Shown here: piece by piece, positions 28,165 to 36,159 of the stretch
How the letters are laid out: each line of letters opens with the position of its first letter
Numbering within the stretch: position 1 is the stretch's first letter
Source: Methylacidiphilum caldifontis
GTDB taxonomy: Bacteria; Verrucomicrobiota; Verrucomicrobiia; Methylacidiphilales; CAMAQI01
Direction: 5' to 3'
Assembly: GCA_945877805.1 (NCBI GenBank)
Contig: CAMCSM010000006.1
Coordinates: 1 to 50,906 of the forward strand
Length of the DNA: 50,906 nucleotides
The notes under the pieces: model-generated
Told to the model about the DNA's origin: nothing
Databases searched by the model: none
What the model saw: the letters and a program-made list of their open reading frames with translations, nothing else
Position numbers and translations under genes: made by a program

Positions 28165-28776
28165 ATGAAAATTCGTGCCGCGCTTCTCTTAAAGGCACCG
28201 ATCTTAGGAACGGTCAAAACGCGACTTGCCGCCTCTTTGGGAGGCGAGGAGGCAAAGCGAATCTACATTCAACTCGTGGAGTGGCAGCTTTCACAGATCC
28301 CTGACTCTTGGGGGATTGATATTCACTTTGCCCCCTCAACTGCCCTGAAGCAGATGGAGGAATGGATCTCACCTCTCAAAACCCAAAAGATTTCATTTTT
28401 TTCACAACCGGACGGAGATCTTGGAGTTCGATTAAGCGTAGCACTCCAAAACTCATTCTCCCAAGGAGCAGATCGAGTTGCCCTGATGGGAGGGGATTGT
28501 CCTGAACTAACATTCCACTATCTGCAAATCGCTGAGGAGTTTTCGATTTCATTTGATGCCACCATTGCCCCCGCTCTTGATGGGGGTTATGCTCTCTTGA
28601 TTTTGAATCAATACTACCCCTCACTTTTTCAAAACATTCCATGGAGTACATCCATAGTTTTTTCGGATACCAAGCAGGCAATGAAAAATCTTGGACTCAA
28701 AGTTCATGATCTAGCGGTTGTTGAAGATATTGACGACCTTGATTCATTTCAACGAAGTCGCCTCAGAAGCGGGTGA
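28165..28776 (+). CDS. TIGR04282/DUF2064-type arsenosugar-associated GT-A (CofC-like) protein
   Basis: K.P..G.VKTRLA, Q..GDLG.RL, G.DCP, PA.DGGY, IPWST, DID..D. Confidence 0.9.
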   Translation: MKIRAALLLKAPILGTVKTRLAASLGGEEAKRIYIQLVEWQLSQIPDSWGIDIHFAPSTALKQMEEWISPLKTQKISFFSQPDGDLGVRLSVALQNSFSQGADRVALMGGDCPELTFHYLQIAEEFSISFDATIAPALDGGYALLILNQYYPSLFQNIPWSTSIVFSDTKQAMKNLGLKVHDLAVVEDIDDLDSFQRSRLRSG

Positions 28777-28833
28777 TCGATCCCCTCATTCACTTCCCAC
28801 TGCATTTGTCGCAACGAAAAATATACGATAAAG

Positions 28834-29616
28834 TTATGAAAATCGATAGACAAAGTTCTTGAAAGAGACCTTTGCAATTTCTGGGGGCAATGCTTCTAAA
28901 AGACGTTGGAAGAGCAGGCTCCCTTTTTTTAGATTGGCGATTAATTCCTCCATTGAAGTCGGTTCCTCGATGACTCCATTCGCATAATCGATGGAATAAG
29001 CGACGAGGGCGTAAGGAAGTTCCAATTCATTGGCTAAAATCGCCTCTGGACCACAGGTCTGTGAGATAAAATCGCCCCCCGCAGAACGCATCAACTTGAT
29101 CTCTGCCTTTGAGTTAAATCGAGGTCCATTGGCATGGACATAACAACCATTACGAATTATCGGGTACTCTTTTTCCCATATTTGACGAATCACCAAATTC
29201 AAATCGGCATCAAAATAAGAACCTGCAATCAGATGTCCTCGTCCTATTTCTCCTGGCTGATCAAAAAAGGTACAAATTTCCCCTCCAGGAAGCCGGTTCT
29301 CCTCAAAAAGCAAATCGGTGCCCAACATCGGTTCTCCCAACTTCCAATCGGAGCGAAGCAACCCACAAACAGAAGTAGAAAGAATAATCGTCGCCCCTTC
29401 TTGTTTGAGGGCTAATAAATTCGCTCGGTGATTGAGATGATTGGGAAGATATTTGTGATCCTTTCCATGCCGCGGAAGCAACAACGCTTTCTTGCCCCCT
29501 ACTTCCCCACGCAATAAGGTAACGACTCCGTAACGAGTCGCCACGGATTGCTCTTCAAACCCGTCAATTCCATAAAAACCAGATCCAGAAATAAGTCCTA
29601 TCATATTGTCCTTCAA
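28834..29616 (-). CDS. MTAP-family purine nucleoside phosphorylase (divergent)
   Basis: GLISGSG.Y, PRHG..H, N.RAN..AL, GPRF...AE, T..PE, DY. Start TTG 29616 or ATG 29604. Confidence 0.85.
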   Translation of the reverse strand: MKDNMIGLISGSGFYGIDGFEEQSVATRYGVVTLLRGEVGGKKALLLPRHGKDHKYLPNHLNHRANLLALKQEGATIILSTSVCGLLRSDWKLGEPMLGTDLLFEENRLPGGEICTFFDQPGEIGRGHLIAGSYFDADLNLVIRQIWEKEYPIIRNGCYVHANGPRFNSKAEIKLMRSAGGDFISQTCGPEAILANELELPYALVAYSIDYANGVIEEPTSMEELIANLKKGSLLFQRLLEALPPEIAKVSFKNFVYRFS

Positions 29617-29921
29617 ATTTAAGTATTAGATCATATTTATTAAAACTCTAGCCGTTTTAAAGGGTGCAAGAGTAAGGAAAAATCATTTTTTGCATTGTGC
29701 CGAGTTCTTTGGGAAAGAACGAGACGATCGAGCGAAAGCGAGAGGCTGCAGGACGCAGCCAGAGTGAGTCGGGAACACTAATTGCGAAGCAATAAACTAT
29801 ACAAACAGGGTCTAGACGTATGGCGCAGGGGAATGGGGCGCAAATGAACGAATCATCATGGAGTTGGAGAATCTCCCATGACGATTGAGTGATTATTAGG
29901 TTTCGCAAAGGCAGAGAATGA

Positions 29922-30000
29922 CATTGATGTTCAGGATGGGGAGGATAAATTCAAAAACAATTTTCTTTGGTCTTTATCCTGTTCATCCTGTTAATCGATG
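29922..30000. repeat. imperfect 28-bp inverted repeat with 9-nt caggat units
   Basis: cattgatgttcaggatggggaggataaa (29922-29949) versus tttatcctgttcatcctgttaatcgatg (29973-30000). Confidence 0.75.
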
Positions 30001-30036
30001 CAAAATTCCACTCCCTTCGCCCATGCCGCTCCCGCC

Positions 30037-30060
30037 CATGCGCATCGGCGTCAACTTAAG
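30037..30060 (+). repeat. short dispersed repeat cat-N4-gtcaactta, copy 1
   Basis: catgcgcatcggcgtcaacttaag; related copies at 37213 (+) and 42176 (-). Confidence 0.6.
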
Positions 30061-30068
30061 GATAGAGC

Positions 30069-30095
30069 GGGAGGGACCTCGTCCCTCCCGTTTTT
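30069..30095 (+). repeat. REP-like or terminator-like hairpin
   Basis: ggagggac-ctc-gtccctcc followed by cgttttt. Confidence 0.5.
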
Positions 30096-30198
30096 AAATT
30101 CCCCATACGGTTTCAATGTCACTCTATTATGCGAGTCTCAATAGGCCACAGGATTATTTAAAACGCTCTAAAAATAATTTAAATCACTTCTCTTGAGT

Positions 30199-31572
30199 CT
30201 ATCTCGACTTCATTTTCCCCAAGAGCGATAGCCCCTCTTCATGATTGTAACGATTATTAGTAGGACCATTCTCCAAAGAGAGAACCCCACGGGGACAGAC
30301 GGTCGCACAGATACCACATCCGACACAGGAGGCACGGATGATATTTTGACCCCGTTGTGCGTAATGACGGACATCGATCCCCATCTCGCAATATTTCGAA
30401 CAATTTCCACAGGAGATACATTGCGCTCCATTGGTTGTAATCCGGAATCGAGAGTTAAATCGTTGTAATAATCCTAAAAAAGCGGCCATGGGGCAGCCGA
30501 AGCGACACCACATCCGTGTTCCCATCAAGGGATAAAATCCAACCCCAATAACTCCTGAAAATACAGCTCCAATCCCAAAAAGATAAAACCGTCGAATCTG
30601 ATAGACGATCTCTTTCATCGAAGCGGGCAAATAAGGTTCACACCAAAGTAGAACAGTTAAGGAAAATATGAGGGCGAGTACACTATAGATCGACCAACGT
30701 TCGATTTTCCAGGATTTCAACGATTTATCGGAAAGCTGTCGCCACGAATCCCCCATAGTATTCGCCAATCCTCCACACCCACAAACCCACGAGCAATACC
30801 ATCGTTTACCAAAATAATAGGTTAATACGGGAGTGGCTAAGAATGTTCCACAAATAAACCAGCCGGCGATAAAATAGCCCAATCCTCCCGAATGAAATAA
30901 ATGCATCACGGTAGAGGGAAACAGTTTGTCATAAGCCAAAGGCCAAAAATAGGTAAGATAAACCTCCGGTTGATTAAACTTCACGCAGATGGCAGGAAAA
31001 AGATAAGCAAAGATGAGTTGTGCAAAAATAATCACACTCGTTCGGACGATATGGTATCGATTATGACGATACTTTGCGATCGCCTTAGCTCCCATCAAAG
31101 TCGTGAGAATCGTATATACCGTTCCATAAACAAACCATTCATCGGCCGGCTTTCCTTGAAGGAATTGACTTAATCCATCATGAAGTCGGGTCAATCCCTC
31201 TAAATACTGAGGGAACCAATAAATAATAATGTAGAAACCGGTGAAAACAATTCCCAGCATCCAGCCCCAAGCCCCCCGAGCGGTTAAACTATCCGTTGTT
31301 TTTCCTTGGTTTCGAACTCCAGGTCGATCCTTCAGATGTTTCGAAAGAGCAAAGTAACCTCCCCCACCGATTGCGAGGGCCCAGGAAATATTAAACCAGA
31401 GGTTCTTCAGCGTTTCCGAAGTTGAGCCATTCACCGCGATCAAAGAAAGGGCTAAAAGCATCGATCCGATCCCCATCGCTGTCAGGGCAATCTTTTCGCT
31501 GATTCTAAGCCGTGGCCCGTGATGGGCAATTGAATGACTTTCATAGGCAAGGTTGGCGGTGATATCACTCAT
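30199..31572 (-). CDS. membrane-bound polyferredoxin (NapH/RdxA-like 4Fe-4S protein)
   Basis: Multiple TM helices, CSWVCGCG and CRFGCP motifs, two CxxCxxCxxxC clusters at the C-terminus. Confidence 0.9.
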   Translation of the reverse strand: MSDITANLAYESHSIAHHGPRLRISEKIALTAMGIGSMLLALSLIAVNGSTSETLKNLWFNISWALAIGGGGYFALSKHLKDRPGVRNQGKTTDSLTARGAWGWMLGIVFTGFYIIIYWFPQYLEGLTRLHDGLSQFLQGKPADEWFVYGTVYTILTTLMGAKAIAKYRHNRYHIVRTSVIIFAQLIFAYLFPAICVKFNQPEVYLTYFWPLAYDKLFPSTVMHLFHSGGLGYFIAGWFICGTFLATPVLTYYFGKRWYCSWVCGCGGLANTMGDSWRQLSDKSLKSWKIERWSIYSVLALIFSLTVLLWCEPYLPASMKEIVYQIRRFYLFGIGAVFSGVIGVGFYPLMGTRMWCRFGCPMAAFLGLLQRFNSRFRITTNGAQCISCGNCSKYCEMGIDVRHYAQRGQNIIRASCVGCGICATVCPRGVLSLENGPTNNRYNHEEGLSLLGKMKSR

Positions 31573-31591
31573 TGTTTTCTCTCTGTTGAAT

Positions 31592-32944
31592 TTATTTTAA
31601 AATCTTTGCAAAGAACTTCGAAAAAAGTCCCTTTTTGGTTTTCAGTTCGACCGGTTGATCTGGATAAAGAAGATTAAAGGCACTGATGATTTCGATCTCA
31701 TATTGACTATAAAACTCCGGATCGAAATTTGCCGCCCCTAAATGAGTCAATACCTCATGAATAGTCTTTTTCTCTAAAATCCATTGCTCCCAAACTTGAT
31801 GACGATGACGAATCCCAAAGACATTAACTCCTAAAACAGCTCCCAACTTTTCTTCAAAATTGATCCGCACCGACTTATTTCCCTCGGGATGCTCCCAGTA
31901 AAAACTTTTCTCCCCCTCTTTCAACTTGGGCATCACCCACCCATAGGTCTGATATTCAATATCGAAAAATTTTGCCGAATTAAACCAAATCCCTGGATCA
32001 TACTCAGCAAGGTCACCACATATATTCGCCGCAAGCCGCTCGCCTTGTATTTTTCCGGTGTACCAAACCTGTTCAACAGGTCGTCGGCCTTCGGGGGCCT
32101 CGCGATGCTGCGCACAATCTCCTCCCGCCCAAATATCAGGAACTGAGGTTTTCAGGAAACGATCAACCAAAATACCTCGATCACATTCAATTCCTGAGGC
32201 CTTAACCATCTCAATCTGAGGACTGACTCCGGCGGTTAAAAAGACCATCTCGCATGCTATTTCCTCTCCCGAAAGAGTTTGTATGGCTCGGACTCGACCT
32301 TCTCCGTCGCTTAAAATCTCTTTGAGTCCCGTCTCTAATCGAAGATCGACTCCGTGGGCTTGAATCTCTCGATTGATCATCGCCGATTCCCCTATCGGTA
32401 ATACAGACCCCCAAAAGGTTTTCTCACGAACTAAAAAAGTGACCTGGATGTTACGAGTTAAAAGCATCTCGGCGACCTCAACCCCGATTAAGCCACCGCC
32501 AACCAAAACTGCTCGTTTAGCCCCTTTCGCATTTCGCTCCATCATTTCCAGATCTTGATAGGAATAAAGACCTTGAACCCCCTCAAGATCCTCCCCTGGC
32601 CAGCCAAAACGGTTCGGTTTCGATCCGGTCGCTAAAATGAGGGTGTCATACTTTAATGATTCCCCATTTTTAAAAAGAAGTTGTTTTTGTTGAGAATCGA
32701 TCGAATGAACCCATCCCCGTTTGAGATCGATACGATTCTTGGCCCAAAAATCATCGGGGTAAGGTTTTGTATCCTCATAGCGCATATCTCCCATGAAGAT
32801 ATACATCAGGGCTGTCCGCGAAAAATGGTGCTCAGTCTCTCCGGAAACCACCGTAATTCGATGATTGGAACGCTTACGCAGCGTACGGGCTGCGGTGATT
32901 CCCGTGATTCCATTCCCTAAAATAACAATATGACGTTCGCTCAT
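31592..32944 (-). CDS. NAD(P)/FAD-dependent oxidoreductase
   Basis: GNGITG (FAD), ATGS, GGGLIGVE (NAD), GDCA. Confidence 0.92.
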   Translation of the reverse strand: MSERHIVILGNGITGITAARTLRKRSNHRITVVSGETEHHFSRTALMYIFMGDMRYEDTKPYPDDFWAKNRIDLKRGWVHSIDSQQKQLLFKNGESLKYDTLILATGSKPNRFGWPGEDLEGVQGLYSYQDLEMMERNAKGAKRAVLVGGGLIGVEVAEMLLTRNIQVTFLVREKTFWGSVLPIGESAMINREIQAHGVDLRLETGLKEILSDGEGRVRAIQTLSGEEIACEMVFLTAGVSPQIEMVKASGIECDRGILVDRFLKTSVPDIWAGGDCAQHREAPEGRRPVEQVWYTGKIQGERLAANICGDLAEYDPGIWFNSAKFFDIEYQTYGWVMPKLKEGEKSFYWEHPEGNKSVRINFEEKLGAVLGVNVFGIRHRHQVWEQWILEKKTIHEVLTHLGAANFDPEFYSQYEIEIISAFNLLYPDQPVELKTKKGLFSKFFAKILK

Positions 32945-33129
32945 AGTATTAACTAAGAGTAATGATCCTGAAATTTATTTCCATTTAAATTTTATTTTTT
33001 ATGATCTCCTTATTGAATTGTATTTGAGCTCACTTTAGAACGAGGCGCCGACTGGTCGCATCGTAATAAGCTAAAAAAAGACCTCGCCACGGGAATAAAG
33101 GGGCGCTTCGCTACTCTTACACTAAATTT

Positions 33130-34275
33130 ATGAAAAACGAAACTGTTGTCAAAAACCGTTATGCCGCCGCCTCTAAAGCTCAAGAAGCACAACTCTGCTG
33201 CCCGGTTGAGTACAATAAAGAGTACTTAAAAATTATTCCCACCGAGGTGATTGAACGGGATTACGGCTGTGGAGATCCCTCTCAATATGTGAAAAAGGGT
33301 GAAACCGTTCTCGATCTCGGCTCTGGAACCGGAAAAATCTGTTTTATCGCATCCCAAGTCGTCGGCCCCACCGGAAAGGTCATCGGAGTCGATATGACCG
33401 ATGATATGCTTGAAGTCGCCCGTCGCAATGCCCCGGTTGTCGCTCAATCGATCGGCTATGCCAATGTCGAGTTCCGTAAGGGACGAATTCAAGATCTCGC
33501 CCTTGATCTCGAAATCCTTGACGCGGAGCTCAAAAAACGTCCAATCTCCGATGTCACCTCTTTTCTAGCTGCCGATGAGCTAGCGGAAGAGCTCCGGGTA
33601 AAATCCCCACTCGTTGCTTCGAATTCAATCGATGTTGTCGTCTCCAACTGCGTTCTGAATCTCGTCGATTCCCACGCTAAACCGCAATTATTTCAAGAGA
33701 TTTTTAGAACCCTTAAAATCGGCGGTCGGGCCGTGATCTCGGATATCGTTGCCGATGAACTCGTCCCCGAAGAGCTTCAAAATGATCCAGAGCTTTGGAG
33801 CGGTTGTATTTCCGGAGCTCTCACCGAAGAGGGATTCCTCAAAGCTTTTGCGGATGCTGGATTTCATGGAATCGAGATCCTCAAACTCGATCAAAAACCG
33901 TGGCAAACCGTCGCTGGAATCGAGTTTCGCTCGATGACAATTCAAGCCTTTAAAGGGAAAATCGGTCCCTGTTTCGAACGGAATCAAGCGGTGATCTATC
34001 GCGGCCCCTTTAAAGAGATTTTAGATGATGATGGACATCGCATGGAGCGCGGGGTTCGTTATGCCGTCTGCGATAAAACCTTTCAGCTCTATCGTAAATC
34101 GCCGTATGCCTCCTATTTTGAATTCATCGAACCGATGGAGCCGATTCCTCTCGATGAAGCTCAACCGTTCGACTGTAGCAGGACCGCCCACCGTCATCCT
34201 CAGGAAACTAAGGGAATGAACTATCAAGTGACCACCGCACCCTCGGAGTGCTGCGGTACAACGAGCTGTTGTTAG
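33130..34275 (+). CDS. arsM: arsenite S-adenosylmethionine methyltransferase-like protein with Cys-rich C-terminal extension
   Basis: LCCP, YGCG.P, DLGSGTG, SNCVLNL, W.GCISGA (ArsM Cys set); ends ECCGTTSCC; in an operon with arsS. Confidence 0.85.
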   Translation: MKNETVVKNRYAAASKAQEAQLCCPVEYNKEYLKIIPTEVIERDYGCGDPSQYVKKGETVLDLGSGTGKICFIASQVVGPTGKVIGVDMTDDMLEVARRNAPVVAQSIGYANVEFRKGRIQDLALDLEILDAELKKRPISDVTSFLAADELAEELRVKSPLVASNSIDVVVSNCVLNLVDSHAKPQLFQEIFRTLKIGGRAVISDIVADELVPEELQNDPELWSGCISGALTEEGFLKAFADAGFHGIEILKLDQKPWQTVAGIEFRSMTIQAFKGKIGPCFERNQAVIYRGPFKEILDDDGHRMERGVRYAVCDKTFQLYRKSPYASYFEFIEPMEPIPLDEAQPFDCSRTAHRHPQETKGMNYQVTTAPSECCGTTSCC

Positions 34276-34280
34276 AAGAG

Positions 34281-35030
34281 ATGATTCCTCCCCCTGATCA
34301 CAAAAAAGAACTCGATCCCTCGAGTTTTGCGGCGTTCTCTGATCGTACCATGGTGATCATTCCGGCTTATAACGAGGAGGCCTGTATCAGTTCAATCGTC
34401 AAACGGCTTTATGATCGTGGATTCTCTCATCTTCGAGTCGTTGACAATGGGAGTACCGATGCCACCGCTCCTCTTGCCCGTGAAGCGGGAGCAGAGGTCA
34501 TTTCGGATCCACGAAGAGGCTACGGACTCGCCTGTTGGCTGGGAGGAGTCAACCTGCCTCAAGGAATTGAATGGCTCCTCTATTGCAACGCAGATGCAAG
34601 CGATGATTTTGAAGCTTACGACTCGTTTGCTCAACTCGCCGACTATCACGACCTGATTCTCGGAGCTCGCACCTCTCCCGAGGATCGACTTCAGATGACC
34701 GTTCCACAGCGATTTGGAAATTGGCTTGCCCCCTTTTTAATTTCTCTTTTTTGGGGAGAGTCTTTTTCTGATTTAGGGCCTCAACGAGCGATCCGAGTCT
34801 CGGCTTATCAAAAAATCGATATGCAAGATCGTGGTTTTGGATGGACCGTCGAGATGCAAGTCCGGGCCGTCCAGGAAAAACTGCGGATCATTGAAATCCC
34901 CGTTCATACCTTTCCTCGTGCAGCAGGGGTCTCAAAAATCTCTGGAAATCTCAAAGGAAGCCTCCAAGCGGGCGTGATTATTTTAACAACGATCGCTCAA
35001 CTGATTTTTCAATCTGCCAAAAAAAAATAA
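34281..35030 (+). CDS. GT2 glycosyltransferase (polyprenol-phosphate glycosyltransferase-like)
   Basis: IIPAYNEE, VDNGSTD, GYG.A, NADASD, DLGP.RAIR, GWTVEMQ, SKISG. Start ATG 34281. Confidence 0.9.
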   Translation: MIPPPDHKKELDPSSFAAFSDRTMVIIPAYNEEACISSIVKRLYDRGFSHLRVVDNGSTDATAPLAREAGAEVISDPRRGYGLACWLGGVNLPQGIEWLLYCNADASDDFEAYDSFAQLADYHDLILGARTSPEDRLQMTVPQRFGNWLAPFLISLFWGESFSDLGPQRAIRVSAYQKIDMQDRGFGWTVEMQVRAVQEKLRIIEIPVHTFPRAAGVSKISGNLKGSLQAGVIILTTIAQLIFQSAKKK

Positions 35031-35037
35031 CGCCATT

Positions 35038-36159
35038 ATGATAACCCTCATTATTTTCTCACTCGTACTCATTCTCGCATTCATGAACGGCGCCAATGAC
35101 AATTTCAAAGGAGTCTCAACTCTTTATGGCAGTAAAGTCACTACCTATAAACAAGCCCTCACCTGGGCCTCCATCACCACTTTTCTCGGAAGCCTGACTT
35201 CGCTTTTCCTTGCTCAAGCCTTAATCGTTCGATTTTCAGGAAAAGGACTCGTCGATGAATTAGTCTCTACCTCTCCCTACTTTGTTATTGCTGTAGCCTT
35301 AGGAACGATCATTACGCTCGTTCTCGCCACTCGCTTCGGCTTTCCTATTTCCACAACCCATGCTCTTTTAGGATCGCTCATCGGAGTAGGACTCATTTCA
35401 AATTCTTCTCTCTTTAATCTCACCCTTCTCTCTCAAAAATTTATTTTCCCCCTTCTCTTCACTCCTATCCTCTCCGCACTTCTAGCTTCGCTTGTTTTTG
35501 GACTCACCTCCATTTTTAAAAACTTCCTTCTTCCGTCTGAGCCTCATTGCATTTGTCTTCATTCACGCATCCCTTTTTGGGCGCTCTCCCCCTGTTGTCA
35601 AAATTCCGCTCTTCCGCATCCATCGATCGATCTGCAAATCGAATCTCCCTCCCAATGCAATTCAATAAGTGCCCCCCCCTTAGCCCGAATCGTACTCCCC
35701 TCTCTCATCGATTCTCTTCACTTTATCAGCGCAGGAGCCGTCTGTTTTGCTCGCGGACTCAATGACACTCCAAAAATAATGGGGCTACTACTCTTATCCT
35801 CCGCGCTTTCCATTCAACACTCCATCATGATGATCGCCATCGCAATGGTGATGGGAGGGATTATAGGAGGAAGAAAAGTCGCTGAAACAACCAGTCAACG
35901 CGTGACCTCCATGAATCCTCGCGAAGGATTATCCGCAAATCTTTCGACTGCCCTTCTCGTCACCACCGCAAGTCTCCATGGTCTTCCTGCAAGCACGACG
36001 CATGTGACCATCGGAGGGCTCATCGGAGTAGGCTCCATTACAAAAAAAATGCACTGGAAACCGGTGCTTGGAATTTTAACTTCTTGGATCCTCACACTTC
36101 CTTGCTCTCTCTTTTTTGCTGCCCTGAGCTTTTATCTCCTTCAAAAAAAACATTTATGA
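35038..36159 (+). CDS. PiT-family inorganic phosphate transporter
   Basis: NGANDNFKG, PISTTHA, GLND.PK, P.STTH; Cys-rich central insertion. Confidence 0.92.
   Translation: MITLIIFSLVLILAFMNGANDNFKGVSTLYGSKVTTYKQALTWASITTFLGSLTSLFLAQALIVRFSGKGLVDELVSTSPYFVIAVALGTIITLVLATRFGFPISTTHALLGSLIGVGLISNSSLFNLTLLSQKFIFPLLFTPILSALLASLVFGLTSIFKNFLLPSEPHCICLHSRIPFWALSPCCQNSALPHPSIDLQIESPSQCNSISAPPLARIVLPSLIDSLHFISAGAVCFARGLNDTPKIMGLLLLSSALSIQHSIMMIAIAMVMGGIIGGRKVAETTSQRVTSMNPREGLSANLSTALLVTTASLHGLPASTTHVTIGGLIGVGSITKKMHWKPVLGILTSWILTLPCSLFFAALSFYLLQKKHL

Noticed and set aside
29657-29908. 83-aa ORF in the repeat-rich spacer
   Set aside because: No motifs; the region is better explained as structured non-coding DNA.
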